Shown here in pieces: positions 13,806-29,149 of a stretch of DNA of 64,000 nucleotides; within the stretch, counting starts at the first letter, position 1; each line of letters opens with the position of its first letter. The notes below the pieces were generated by a model. That model had not been told where the DNA came from and made no database searches. It saw only the letters and a program-made list of their open reading frames with translations. A program made the translations under genes and the position numbers. The DNA is from the human T2T-CHM13v2.0 reference genome, Homo sapiens: the NCBI RefSeq assembly GCF_009914755.1, contig NC_060936.1; one strand, given 5' to 3'.

Positions 13806-14399
13806 AACTTTTAAAATGGGTAGTGAAGCATTTTGTAATTTTCCAAAAAAACTTAAGATGAAGCTAACAACTTGCTTTCTTTGTTCCTGTTGCTGGGCTT
13901 CTGAACGTTGCAGAAAAAAAAAAAAACTATATACCTGTACAATTTGTGGCACTAGTATTTAGCCTCAGGTGAACTATCAATATGGGTTAGATCATCATTT
14001 TTCTTGCCTCTAATAAATTTTATATTTTTCTGTTTCAAACATTTACCATGCTTTTTAAACTCTGAGGTGCATTTTATTTTTCTATCTCCTCCTGCACCAC
14101 ACTCCATCTTTTCTCATTATCTCAGATTGACTTCTTCACTGGTCCTGGCATTCTGGTCTCACTATTTTAAACGAATTCCTTGTCTAAATCCCGGCAAGGG
14201 CCACTGCATGATGTTGGGCAGGCTACACTCTGCACAAAGGAACTCAGCTCAAGAGGAAGGGGTGCTCCACCTGTCAGCCTCTGTGCCTTTGTGCCTCTGC
14301 CAGGAAGGGGTGTTTTTCTCTAATTTGCACAAATGGGTTAGTGAGCTGGTGGTAGCCCTATTCCTGCCTTCTCTGTAACTTTCAGCAATTCACATTGAG

Positions 14400-15800
14400 T
14401 CCTCCCCTCCATGCCCCACAATGTCCTCTATAAAGATTGTAATGATCATCTGGTTTCTAAATACAGATGGTCTATTTTCTATCTTCTTTCTCTTTTACCT
14501 ATGTATAGTCAATAGCACATCTGATTGTCCCCAAATGCATTGGGTTCTGCTTTTCAGGATGCTTTCCTCTGGTGTTTTCAGGAACACCCTTCTCTCCCAG
14601 TTCTTTTATCTTTCTCATTATTTCTTCCTTGTTTCTTTTTCTGGCTTCTCCTATCTCATAAATGTTCTGTTTGCTCATAGTTTTTCTGCTCCTCTCCCCT
14701 GTTCTCCTCATAGGCTCTGTTTTTTTTTTTTCTGCTTCCATAGCTTCAGCACCATCTCTAATTCTATACTGATGATCCCAAAATCTCTGAAACCAGTCTC
14801 CACCTTTCTCTTGTGCTCCAGTCCCAAACTTCCAACAGCTTTCCACATATGTCAATCTGGAATCCTGTAGATACTTCAAAACCTTTCTGTCTTGTATTCT
14901 TGATCTCTGTCATGATCCATCCAGTTTCCCAGGCTAGAAATTTTATAGCAATCTGTCAGTCACTCCACTCTCTCGTGTATTAAATCCAACCAACCCCTAA
15001 ACTCCTTTTAGTTTACTTCATTTATGGAGGTTCTGTAAGGCAATGTCCTCAGCGCTAAGAATTCAGCAAAAATCCCTACTCTCATGGAACATATAATTTT
15101 GTGGGAGACAGAAAATAAACAAATCAATAAATAAGTACATGGTATAAACTATGGTGATAAGTCCATTGGAGACACTTTGACATGTACCTTGTCTGGTGTT
15201 TCCTTTCCACCTGCTTTCACTGTTGTCCTGGACTCCAAACAGGTGTCTCTGCTTCTGGCCTTTCTCTCTACCACACTTCCACGTGGTTAGTATTCCTTTA
15301 AAAACCCCCCAAAGTCAGGCTTCATAATGCAATGCTTTTGCTCAGAAACACTGTGTGTCCTTACCTGAAAAATAATATTTAGACTCTTAAGCATTGCCAC
15401 TAGGGCCTAACCTAAACCTTTTCCTGTCACTCTCCTCCTCTTCCTTCCTTTCCTCTTCCTGCCTCTATTGCCGCTATTACAGTCAGGTCAAGCTTCTTGC
15501 CTTTCCTAGCACGTGCCCTTTTCTAACAGTGTGCTTTAGGATGGCGCCTGTTCTGCTTTGAATACTCTCTTATCATGTTCACGGCTTGAAGGTCACTCCT
15601 CTGGGGAATATTTCTTCAGTCTTCTAGGCTAGTTCATATCTGCATCCTCCATGCTGGACTATAACTCTGTTCTTAGCTCTGTAATAAGTTTTAACCTGTT
15701 TTTATTGGAATATAAGCCCCAGGTGGTGGTGGAGCAGAAATATTATCTTATGCATCCATGTGACTCGTCATCCACGTGACTCCAGGGCCTACTGTGGGCT
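14400..15800. mobile_element. L2 fragments
   Basis: CCATCTCTAATTCTATACTGATGATCCCAAAATCT (RT YADD-like), CCATCCAGTTTCCCAGGCTAGAAA and other L2 motifs. Confidence 0.55.
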
Positions 15801-15829
15801 TCACCGTTGGTGAAAGAGAAGGCAGTCAT

Positions 15830-16060
15830 CAGTGAGGACAGCCCAGGCTTTGGGGCCAGGCAGCCCAGGGTCTGACCCGCTCTTGGCACTCGCTAGCTTT
15901 GGGCAGGTTACTTACGCTGTAGTGCCTCAGTCTCCTCATGTTTAAATGGATGTTGGTAATTGAATATATCTCAGAGAATTGTTGTAAAGACTGGTAGAAA
16001 TAATGTATATAAATTGCTTCACACGGTGCATGGTAGCCATAAATGCTCAGTAATCCTGGC
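15830..16060 (+). mobile_element. MIR
   Basis: Core TTGGGCAGGTTACTTAC...GCCTCAGTCTCCTCATGTTTAAATGG; 3' end AAATGCTCAGTAA. Confidence 0.75.
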
Positions 16061-16280
16061 TTTATCAGATGCTTATAAAATGAATGGAATTAGTATGACC
16101 TGTATTCTTAGGATCTCCTGTTAAATGATTGTCCTGTAAGCTAGTAGTCCCCAAGGGAAAAAGAAAAGATTGCTCACCACTGGTTTAGAAAATTCAGAGG
16201 GAGTAATTCCATGAAGTACAGTTAAGGGAATCTGGGAATACTTTGATATTGTATTAAATAAAATGGCCCATGCCATTTTA

Positions 16281-16586
<306 letters not shown>

Positions 16587-16624
16587 TCATGCCATTTTAT
16601 ACCTCCATCTGGGTCTAACCTGTA

Positions 16625-16940
<316 letters not shown>

Positions 16941-18864
16941 TAACCTGTACCCTTTAGTGGGAGTCAAAGTCTCAGTGTCACTTTCTTTAGGGCATCATCA
17001 TGGCTGTTATGAACTGGGACAAAGAGTTTGTTTTAGAGGAATAATGGAGGTAGAGGCTCTGAGGGGACCATTAACTAGCGCAGCTGCCATTTCAGATGCA
17101 AGAAGGAGCAGGTTCACAGCATGTGCCACTCAGGGAGGGAAGAGAAAATGTCAAGGATTGTACTGGGAAGGTGTTGGAACATTTTGCGTGAATGTGGATA
17201 TTTGGATGAAATGCTTCTAAGGCCTGAAGATGACACGACAGGCTGTAAATAGACAAGGGAGAAAGACAACAGAGAGGGGTGCGCTTCTTTGTGATGAGCA
17301 CATGGGTTGTATATGGCTCAAATGGTGCAAGGATCCCTGGTATAAAAAATGTTAGCGAAAGCTCTGTTTTCAAAACAGCATCACAGAATAGCTACAACTC
17401 TGGATTTGTGGTTTAATGCTGCCACTGCTCCTGATGCATCTAGAATGACTAAAAATGGCTGAGTTAATGAATTCTGTTTTACAACATTAAGGAGGTTTGA
17501 CACACTTGTTAAAACCTCTGGTTCTAGTGCAAAACAGAATTCCTATGGATGTTCTAAATACTAATCGGAAATGCTTCATTAGTATGAAGAGTATCAGGGT
17601 GTGTGTTTTCTTAGGTTGATTAGTAGCTGACTTATGCCATCATGTGGGGGGAATGTCTGTCAGCATCTCCCCCAGACCTTAGATACCTACTATTAATCAC
17701 TTGTGTTGATGTCACCCACTGGTGCGCAGCCTGGAAGACTCTGCAAAAGGTTAATCTTTCGTAGTTTCTTGGGATTTGGAGGGCAACATTCTGAAAACCT
17801 AGTTTTAATTTTGATAAATGAATTTAGCAAGTAGTTAATCCCTGAAAAGATTCAAGATTTACAAGTCAGTCAAGAGATGAAGTTAGCAATTTATTATACA
17901 TGCGGGGCTCTCCAATCACAAGATAACCCCTAAGCCCTTTGACAAATCAAATGAGAAAGAATCGAACGCCGCGTATAGAGATAAATTCATTACTAGGATT
18001 TGCCCCTCCTCTCTGCAGAGCTATAGTCTGTCTTCCCTTCATCAGGAGACCTTTTTCTGCAAACCCTGCTGCGTACGGTTCACTCCCTCATTTTGACCTC
18101 TTCTGGCTCTTAGTTTACTACTTAAAATAATGCAGATGATCCATGTGAAAAGTTTTGCTGAGTCTCACTCTCTGGAATGTTGGTTCTTCCCCTAAACAAT
18201 TTTATCCTGTGGACCCAATGTCTTTGTAACTGACCAAGTCTCTTGTACCCCTTTGACTTCAAAAAAATTTAAGAATATTTTATCCTAAGTGGAAACCATA
18301 AGTGAAGATACAGTATACATTTTGGTGTGCTAACCTTCTCCCCTAAATTTTATTCCCTTCTGCATATTGACCTTTGCCCTCTCTCAACTATTTTTTCAAA
18401 AGCCATGCATGTACTTTTGTGGCATGTTAGGAGAAGACAGACATATGATTGTTTTTCTGGTTATAAGCTTTGTCTCTGGGTGTAGAATAGATGCCCAGCA
18501 ATTGTTTTTCAAATTAAAGAATTTCTAAGGGCATGGCATAGTATCTGGAGGGCAACTTCCAGAGTTATTTTTGTCGCATGCTCCCCTTCCATCCCACAAA
18601 TACATGTTCAAGTGGAACCTCCCTCTTTCTCCTTCTTACTGCCCCCTAGGAGCCATCTTTCTAAAGTGCAGATCTGACCATTTGATTCTGACATTTTTGT
18701 TCTTAAAAACCTTCGAGCCCTTCATTGGTTTCTAACTGTTGCTGGGATGAAGGTCACATTCCATATGTGGTTTGTAAAGTCCTCTGTGATTCTGCCTTTA
18801 TTTCTCTAGCTTTCTCCTACTCATGGCCACCTGTCACTTTATGCTGCAGGCATTTTAAGTAAGT

Positions 18865-19499
18865 TGTGGTTTCTGGCTTAATTAAGGTATCTAGTCAGTG
18901 GAATGTGTGTTAATCAAAAGGGATATCCTAGGAGGGCCTGACCTAATCAGGTGAGCTCTTAAATGAAGTTAGAGATTTGAAGCATGAGAAAGATTCTCCT
19001 GCTGTCTTTGAGGAAGTAAGCTGCACCTTGTAGGAGGGTTAGGACCTGAGGGCAGTCTCTAGGAGCTGAGAGTTACTCCTAGCCAACACCAAACAAGTAT
19101 ATTGGACCCTTAGTCCTATCGATGAAAGGAACTAAACTCTGACAACAATCTGAATAAGTTGGGAAGGGAACTCTGGGTCACAGATGAGATCAGAGCACTG
19201 GCTGACAGCTTACTTTCAGCTTGGTGAGACCCTGAACAGAGGGCCCAGTTAATCTGTACTGGCCTCCTGACTCACGGACCTTGTGAAATACAAATTTTGT
19301 TTTGTATTGTTAAGGGTTTTTGTTGTTACTGTGTTTTTAGGGATGGGGTCTTTCTATGTTGCCCAGGCTGGCCTCAAACTCCTGGGCTGTAACGATCCTC
19401 CCACATCAGCCTTCTGAGTAGCTGGGACTAAAGATGTGCACCACTGCACCCAGATAAGTTTTTTTGTAATTTGTTATGCAGTATTAGAAAACTAGTACA
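18865..19499 (+). mobile_element. MLT1E/F-like MaLR LTR
   Basis: GGGCCTGACCTAATCAGGTGAGCTCTTAAA, CTCTAGGAGCTGAGAG, and 3' end TTTGTTATGCAGTATTAGAAAACTAGTACA. Confidence 0.75.
19320..19453 (-). mobile_element. FLAM monomer inserted in the MLT1 LTR
   Basis: Single Alu arm TATGTTGCCCAGGCTGGCCTCAAACTCCTGGGC...GTAGCTGGGACTA. Confidence 0.85.
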
Positions 19500-20980
19500 G
19501 AAGGACAGAGAGAAAGGATAGAAGGAGGAGAGAAGGAAAATGAAAAGGAAGGAGCAGAGGGATGAAGGAAAAAAGAAAGGAAGGAAGGAAAGACGAAAGG
19601 AGGACAGGGAGAAAAAAAGGACATTTGGTTAGGATTTTGTCTCCTTGTCTTTCCGAGGACAGAAAGGCATACCTAGCCATAATTCATACTTTTTTTTTGG
19701 TAGAGTAATAAATAAGTCTTCATGAAGTCCTGTGTGGTTTGTAAGCTTCTAGATTATAATTTATTGGAGATTTGCAAATTTACCACAGTATATCATAAGC
19801 ACGTGCCACTTTTGTTTTAGCTTGATTCTTTTAAGGTTGAGGACCACTAAAAATGTTAATTTTCCTAACGGAGTTTGTGTATTTCTTTCCTCCTGGATAG
19901 GCTTTTTAGATTTTTCATCCTTTCATCCTTCTGCACTTGCCCATTTTTTGCTGTAGGGTTGTTTGTCTTTTTCTCAAGGATTTATAAGAGTACTTTATAA
20001 AATATGGATATTAATCTGTTTTCAGTTATATGAGTTGAAAATAATTCTTTCCAGATTGCAGGATAACCTTTTACTCTCTTGATGCCATCTTTTGTTGAAT
20101 AGCAGTTTTAAATTTTAATGTAATAAAATTGATCAGTCTTTTCCTTTATGAGTTATACCTTTTTGCTATTAAAAACTTTCTATTTTATAAAGATATTTAA
20201 AAGACATTCTCTTACCGTTTTCTTTAAAGTTTTAAAGTTTTGTCTTCAATGTTTTCTTTTCCATATGGATAACCAATTTTCCTCACACCATTTACTGAAT
20301 AGTCTATCCTTTTTCCAGTGATCTCTAATGTCGGATCTGATATAAATTAGGTTTTTATAGACGCCTGGTCTGTATCATATTCTGTTGATTCAGTTGTCTG
20401 TTCTCACACCAATACCACACTGTCTTAATAACTTTCACTCAAAGTTTTCCCATGTGGTAAAGCACTTTGTTCTTCCTTTTTAGGAGCATCTGGGCTTTTC
20501 TTAGCTATTGGCTTTTCCAAATGATTTTCACCCCACCGAAACATTTTGCTATTAAAAGTCCAAAAGTAGAGTTAAAAGGATTTTACAGTAAACAAACACT
20601 CATGAACCCACCACCTAGATTCTATAATTCACATTTTATTATTTTTCCTTGTCACATAACTATCCATCTTTCTATCTGTCCATTAATTCTACGTGAGATT
20701 TTTTTAAATTAGCTTTTAATGTCCCTTAAAAACCTTATTGGACTGTGACTGAAATTAAATTGAATGTATAGAATAATTAGGGGTAATTGACATTGTTATA
20801 ATATATACCTATTCATATAATTCATGAACATGGTATGTCTCTAATTTATGTAAGTTATCTTTCATACCTTCCAGTAAGGTATTATGTTTTTCTTCATAGA
20901 AATCTTGGGAAGCTTTTGTTAAGTTTATTCACACAACTTTCTTTTATTGTTGGATTTTAAGTGGTATTTTAAAAAGTTAT

Positions 20981-21279
<299 letters not shown>

Positions 21280-21334
21280 CTAAAAGTTATACATTCTAAA
21301 GGTCTATTTCTGGTATATAAAACTATAATTGTAC

Positions 21335-21462
21335 TTCTTACCTGGGTAATAAAATAATCTGTACACCAAACCCCCATGACACAAGTTTACCTATATAAGA
21401 AACCTGCTAATGTAGCCCTTAACCTAAAGTAAAAGTTTTTTAAAAACTTAATAAAAAAATAA
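21335..21462 (+). mobile_element. Short L1PA (old primate) 3' end
   Basis: AATAATCTGTACACCAAACCCCCATGACACAAGTTTACCTATAT...AACCTAAAGTAAAAGTT. Confidence 0.8.
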
Positions 21463-21597
21463 AATGCAGTTGCCTTTTTAATATTGATCTTCACACCAAT
21501 AATCTTATACCAGGCTATTTAAAATTTTTTATGGTTCCAACATTATATATTCTTTCTAGTTTTCTATATATACAGCCATATAGTCTGTAAATAATAG

Positions 21598-22092
<495 letters not shown>

Positions 22093-22357
22093 TAGAATTT
22101 ATTTTTGCCGGTGGGGGGGTAGATGTTTTTGTTTGTTAGCAAATTTGACATTTATTTTTGAAACAGATTATGAGTTCCCATGCATATCTGAGTGTTTGGA
22201 GTTTGAAACTATAAGTTCCTCTTAGAATGAGAATAAAACTTCTCAGAGGAAGGTCTCTGTCATATTTTCATTTTTAGCCACTCCTCAAACCCCCACTCCC
22301 AAGTGCCACCTTTCCCTCAGCCTAATATTGTGTAAGCACTCAATAAACACCCATTGA

Positions 22358-22689
<332 letters not shown>

Positions 22690-23104
22690 AATGCCTAGGT
22701 TTTTATATGCTTCTAGTCCTGGGAGTTGATGGTACATTCTGCATAAAAAACCCTTGTCAGCTTAACATTGTTCATCCTGAAGCTGACCTATTATAGATGT
22801 CCATTTGTTTGTCTTTACATCTCAGATGAAGCAAGCACCCACAAAAAGGTTCGTGTGTGTGTGTTTGTGTTTGTGAGTGTGTGTAAACTTTTAGCTCTTT
22901 TAGTAATTCAGAGCTTCTGTGAGTTACTCTTAGAACTCTTCTTCAAATAAAATCCTTAACTTCCAGCAATGAGCACAGGTTAGAGCTAAGGTATCTAAAC
23001 TGAGACAAATAAGCAGTATGAAAGAAAACTGGGAATATGAGGATTTTAAAATTTATTTCAGCCTTGGTGATAAGCAGACATTCTTTCTCTTTGTCTAGAC
23101 CTTC

Positions 23105-23550
23105 GTATTAGTCAGCCATTGCTAAAATAATGCCGTATACCAAACTGTCCAGAACTCAGTGGCTTACCACAAGCGTTAGTTTTCTTGGTTCATGGGCCTG
23201 CAAGTGTTTTGGGGTAGATCTGCTTCAGGATGTCATTGGTGAGCCTTGGCTCTAGGCTCCAGGTTGAGTTTAGGTTTGCTCCGTATGTTTCTTCATTGTC
23301 CTTGTCCAGCACCAATCTCAGGAATGCAAGATGACAAGTCAAATTACACAATTTACAAAATTAGAAAACAGACTTTACTCTTGTATTTGTGTGACATGTG
23401 TTAACATCTCATTGATCAATGCTAGTCACGTGGTCAAGCCCAATATCAATGGGGTGGAGAAATGTACTCTGCCCACTACAGTGCATCAGAAAGTTACATG
23501 GCAGAAGGGAGTGAGTGAAGACCCGAGAGCAATAATCTAATCTACCACAG
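23105..23550 (-). mobile_element. Old MLT1 (J/K-like) LTR
   Basis: GTATTAGTCAGCCATTGCT...ACTCAGTGGCTTA start; GCTAGTCACGTGGTCAAGCCCAATATCAATGGGGTGG. Confidence 0.6.
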
Positions 23551-25619
23551 CCTTTCATATATGATGATTAAATGAGATAACATTATTATGAAGTGCTTAA
23601 AACATAGCAAATGCGCAGTAGGGTTTTTTGTTACTATTGTTATTATTTTATGTAAGATGAAGGTATTAAACTAGTTGATTTTTAGAATCCTCGATATATT
23701 TACATTTTTATGATTTTGTTTTTCAGTTTACCATTTAAGATTTCTTCTCTTTTTCCTTCTTTGTCCCTCTTTTTCTTTTCTATTATAATATAAACAATAA
23801 TAACTTCAGCTTATACTTCCAGATTTTGGCTTTAATTAACAAATCTCTTTGGTATTGGTATGATTACATTCTTGTAATCTTTAATACCCTTAGAATCTTT
23901 AACTGCTGTAAAATTCAGTGCTGTGCCTGGTTGAAGAAACATGGGTTGTTTATTGACTCTTCCGTGTCTGCACTGGTTGAATGTTATGTTGTGCAGAAAA
24001 CTGCTTTTGATTCAAACAGGCAACATGATTTCAGACCTAATTACTACAGAAGTAATTGCTCCTTGGCAAATGGGGCCTGCCAGTCTGCCCAGACTTTGAA
24101 TGTCAAAGAGCCAACTGGAATACAGGGCATGTTCAGATCCTCTAATGGAAATCCATTGACCGTCTTGGTGTGACAGTCCAAAGGACTAGGGCTTTAGCCA
24201 TCAAAATGTAAAATGGGACTCTCCAAATCCCTGTTTCATCTAAGGCCTCCAGATAATAGTTGCACCATGTAACATTTTGAGAAGATGGTGCTATAAACTG
24301 ATTTTGCAGATCACCTATATTCAATCTGTGAAAGAAATGGAAGAGATCAAAAGATACTGATTGGAGATTAAAGAAAAAATCTTAGAGTTTTTAGTATGTT
24401 GCTGATACCCTGCCTTCATGGCTATGGAGTAAGAGGAAGAGGCTTCCTCCTCACCTAAAGTCAAGCAAAATAGGCTTCCCAGGGATAAATTGAGTTTTCT
24501 GATAGGATTCCCTGCTGTTTGGGGGATACAGTGGACTGGTATCTGACACATGGTTAAAGCACCTAAAAGCAAGATGCTCTGGCCAAAGCTTCCTGCTTTG
24601 TTGGTGCGACAGGGAATGACACGTGAGTCTTTTTCATGGATCAAATGTGAGCAACAAGTGAGAGAGAAAGCCATCCTTAAACTGCCCTAAGCCCTGCCCA
24701 TGTATCTGATAGAGGGAAGGCAAGGAGACCTCAATAGAAAAGGCTGAAGGTGTACAGTGAAAGTCAGGTGCTCAGGGAATTGTGAATCACCAGCTAGAGG
24801 AAATGAATCCACCTAGTTCTGTAGGTGAGACATCTCCAGCGATGACAGGAGCTCTTCAAAGAACGCTTAATGCATCTCATGAGCAAGAATTAACCAGCCA
24901 GGGGGAAAGAGGGTCAGCTTGCATCAATATTGGTCAGGTAAGACCTTTCTCTCTGTAACCTTACCTCTCTTCCTTTCCTACCCCGGCCCCTAGTCCCACC
25001 TTCAATCTTGCATGGGGGAAGGACGCTTATTGAGTGAGGGAGAAGAGATGGAGAAGCAGGAGGGGAAACTAAGAAGAGGTTGAAGGTGCAGGCCCAAACT
25101 GGGGGAGGAGATCCCCAGTCGGAGAGGAGAGAAATTTTAACTTTAAACTCTATGGTTTTTGACTTGACTTTTAATTGTAACATGAGACTCTTTCAGGCAA
25201 AATGATTTTATTATCTGAAAATGCCAGGAAAAACCAGTTTCACCTTCTCAGAATTTCTTCCAGGAGCAGAGGAAGAACTTGCCCCATAGAATGAACCAGG
25301 GTTGAGGTGGGTGTTGATAACAGTTGTTTTATATTTGCACCCAACTAGTTCACACTATCAGAGCGAGAGCATTTTGTTTTGTTTTGCTTCGTTTCTCTCC
25401 AGGCAGTTCCCTGACTCTCCATTCCAAAGACAGTGTTTTTCAATTCCTACTCACCCCGTGTACTATATTCCCTCTCCAGCAGAAAGCACGGAAGAAACTT
25501 GGAGGTAGGAGCGGAGGATGTATGAAAATTGAAAAGTTACCCAACCAATGACTTCCATTTCTAGCACCAGCACCTCATTTGAAAATTTCTCCTACAGATA
25601 GACCATTAAAGATTCCTTT

Positions 25620-26135
25620 AAATAGTTCCCCAATGTGACCATCAGAATCACTTGGAAAGATTTTTTTTAAATGACGTATTTCCCTTTCTGGTGGTGACTA
25701 CATATCCATGAGAACATGCCTCTCACAAAAGACCTCTTTTATCCCTCTCCAGAAGAGGAAACACAAGGAGTGCCTGATGCAGAGCCCCAGGCACTTCATG
25801 GATATGAAATACCCAGGATGCTATAAAATCGCCAGGGTCTTTAGCCAGGCACAAACAGTAGTTTTATGTGTTGGTGGCTCCACTGTTCTCTGCCAGCCTA
25901 CAGGAGAAAAAGCAAGCCTTACAGAAGAATGTTCCTTCAGGAGGAAGCAGCATTAAATCACCCTCTATCAAGATGAATAGGAACCATCTTGATAAGCATA
26001 TTCTGTATTTAAAAGGAATTACAGATAACTATGCTCCATCCTGGATCCACTGACTGAGAATCTCTGGGAAGTTTAGGAAATGTCTTCTAAATCTTTTGAA
26101 CAATTGTGGCCAACTGGGCTACAAGTTGGGCATTT
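25620..26135. mobile_element. MER5-type hAT element split by the RPS27 retrocopy
   Basis: CATCAGAATCACTTGGAAAGATTTTTTTTAAATG on the left; CCACTGACTGAGAATCTCTGGG on the right. Confidence 0.55.
25683..26014 (+). pseudogene. RPS27P: Processed pseudogene of ribosomal protein S27 (RPS27)
   Basis: Intronless; 5' UTR CCTTTCTGGTGGTGAC (TOP-like); native ATG at 25716 (MPLTKDL..PSPEEE); C-terminal translation [47 protein letters not shown] matches RPS27; 3' UTR CAAGATGAATAGGAACCATCT. 8-nt frameshifting deletion plus two 3-nt deletions. The specific pseudogene number is unknown. Confidence 0.97.
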
Positions 26136-27499
26136 GGGAAGATGGGTGGGACATTTTGAGGGTGCTGGAATCTGCGGTAAATTTATTGCTCTGAAAAGAC
26201 CATGTATTCAGGTGAAAGGAGTCAGGCGTAAAGAGTTTTTGCTGTTTTCTATTTTTTTCCCCTTCATCTTTAGAACATTTAGATTGCTATTTTAAGTCAC
26301 TGGATGGATGTTAGAGTGTTTACTGGATTGGTCTTTTTCCACTGTATTGGAATATTACTTCTGTTCTAGTGGCTTTTTGGCCATCTGGTAATTCTGTGGA
26401 TGGGAGCAAAAATGGAAAACAGAGGGCACTATTAGCCCGCAACTCCAAAACATAACAGTTGTCTGACTTTCCACCAATCCTGCCAAAACTAGGCCAATGA
26501 CAATATTGTTTCTAACCCACATGCCTCCCTCAGGCCAATTTGGAAACCCATCCCTTGTAGCAGAACAAGTCTGTCACTAAATGGAAAAGGATCAATAGGT
26601 TAAAAAATAAAGATTAGGTCCAGGAGTTTTGCCAGCATCAAGAAATATGCTCCATCAGGAAAGCTGGGTGTAGGAGAATAATAATTCTAATTTTCTTTGT
26701 CTTTTTCTTTGGAACTCTTTGCAGTTGTTGAATAAGGACCAAATGAAATGCAATGCACTGCTTTATTAGTGTTCTCTTAGCCAGTATACTAATTATTTTT
26801 CCTGACAAATGTCTGTGAAGAGGGTGTTAGAGTAGCCTGATTTATGGCTACTTTGCTTTGCAAGTCATATGCTCATGTTAGGAAAGCACAAATAGAAGAA
26901 TATTTTAAGTGCCAAAAATATGAAATGTTAAACTTTATTTTTGAGTGACTTTATTTTTGTTCTTGATTTAGAAGCATTAATATATTTTTTTGACAACTGA
27001 ACAGTGAGGGAGATCTTTTGGCTGGTGTGAATTCTTATAGGCTAGAGAGAAATACATTTATCTACTTCTTGAGTTTTGAGTAGGTTGTTGAGAAATTTTA
27101 GATAACGTACCTTCTATACCCACTTAGACACTGGGAGATAGGGGGACTGGGGAATGGCATTTTATTGTACCCAGGTTGAAGGACAAGAATTGGTTTGTTT
27201 GAGGGGTGAAGGAAAGAAGGTGATAATTATTCTTAAATGACTGAAGGGTTGTCATAGGAAAGACTTTTGCGATGCTCCAGGGGACAGAACTACAACCTTC
27301 TCCTTCACTGCCCATACTGAGTTGATTACTAAATACTGATGAGAATCTTATTTCATATCTCTCGGATCTGTTGATTCATCCACATCCTCACTTCTGCTAC
27401 CTTAGCCTAGACATATTTTCTCTTGCAGGAGGAGGGAACAGAGAGAGGGCAGGAGGAAGAGTGGGGAAGAAACTCATACACTGTTTACAGGTATCCTCT

Positions 27500-28020
27500 T
27501 GTTCTTTCTTATGTTTTCTCTTTTCTCTGATTCATTCTCTTTACTTCACTCAGAATAATTTTTCAAGTCAGAAAGCGAATCATGTCACTTGTTCACATAA
27601 TATTTTCTACTGACTCCCCATTGCCTGGGGAATAAAGTCTGAGCCCCTCATTGTGATGTACAAGTCGCTTCTTAATATGTGTCTTACAGATTTTTGCCAG
27701 TCTTAGCATCTACTCCACAACTTTAATTTTGGACATACAGAGCTACTAGAGGTTTCCTAAATGTCCTTCTCTTCTATGCTTCTGTGCCTGTATCCATACT
27801 CTTCCTGGTACCTGGAATGTTGTTTCTCTTTTGATTCCTATTCATCTTTTAGGGCATCCTCCTCCAGTTTCTCAAAGCATTCTGTACATCCATACATTGG
27901 CATTTATTAATTCTGTCATCAGACCCTCTGTGCCTACCTCCAGGATACCGTGAGTTCCCTGAAGGCAGTTGTGTCTCTATCCCCAGCTCCTAGCACAGTG
28001 TGTTTCTGCAAGAAGCTCTG
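27500..28020 (+). mobile_element. L2 3' fragment
   Basis: TGACTCCCCATTGCCTGGGGAATAAAGTC; TCTCTATCCCCAGCTCCTAGCACAGTG. Confidence 0.6.
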
Positions 28021-28352
28021 TTGAAGCTATTTACAGGAGGATTTCATCTTAATGTGGGTTAGAACTTTTAAACAATTATGGCTGTTCAAAAATTGAAGAG
28101 GCTGTCTGATACAGAGGAGGTGCTTAGCAAATAAATAGAATATTGAATGAGCTGTGAACACTTGAATTTTCCTATCACCAGGAAGTACTCAAGTCAACTT
28201 AGACAGGCTTATTGAAACACTGTAAGAAGTGTTTCATGATGAACCATTGAAAAATTTCCAAGAGTTATTGCACTGTACTTTTACTATATATATGTGTAAA
28301 ATACACATGCACACATGTATTTTGAGCTATATAGATCAGATTATATAAGAAG

Positions 28353-28440
28353 TATAAAATAATATATATTTTGTTATATATAATTTTGTATATAAAATAA
28401 CATATATTTTATGTTATATATAATTTTATATATAAAATAA
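28353..28440. repeat. AT-rich ~40-bp tandem duplication
   Basis: TATAAAATAA(T/C)ATATATTTT..GTTATATATAATTTT(G/A)TA repeated about 2.2 times. Confidence 0.7.
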
Positions 28441-29149
28441 CTGATTTTTTCCAGGTCATAATTCTTTCCCTTTTTTCTTGTTTGAAGAACAGTCAACTGT
28501 GAATATTATCTAAGATATTATTTTTCTTACTTTCAGCACTAGGGCTGTTTATACCTTTTCAGTTCCCTTAAACAAGTCTTCAGGGTAATTCTGGCTGCTA
28601 TTGACAACTAAAGTACCTACATGATGGGAGCAGATTAGAAAAAGTAAATAGTTTGGAGAGGAAAAAAAATCCCATATTTTCTCCTCAAAGTTAGAGAAAA
28701 AGAAAATTATGCAAAAAGGGAAAATATGTAAGTCTCATAATTTTTAAGACTAACATATATGACAATTTATAAAATTATCTCTTTGAATATAGCACATTAT
28801 GTCGCTTTATTGTTCATCCAACTTATCAAAACATCACAAGTTATATAGGAAGGTACTACCAATTATTATGATGTGTCCCTCAGTATAGGCAAATACTAAC
28901 CTTGACATGTAGTGGTAATCTTGATACTATCTTTGAGATAAACCGTATGTCCTGAAACAAACTTGTCTATACAAGGTCAGGATAATATTACAGACAGGCA
29001 CAATGGAGGTATAATTAGAGATAGATGAGGTGACAAAAATTACAAAGTCTCAAGCAAGACAAGTTTATTTCTCCATCATATAAGAGCGTGGAGAGAGTCC
29101 TGGGAGAGTAGGTGACTGCTCGAAAAACATATTCAGCCAACCATGTTCC

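Noticed and set aside
14421-14879. Overlapping 149-aa and 126-aa ORFs
   Set aside because: They lie in a pyrimidine-rich L2 remnant, have low-complexity composition and contain no recognisable domain.
24330-25250. Possible ancient LTR (Gypsy-like) remnant; likewise 40340-40780
   Set aside because: The composition is suggestive, but I could not match termini or a consensus confidently.
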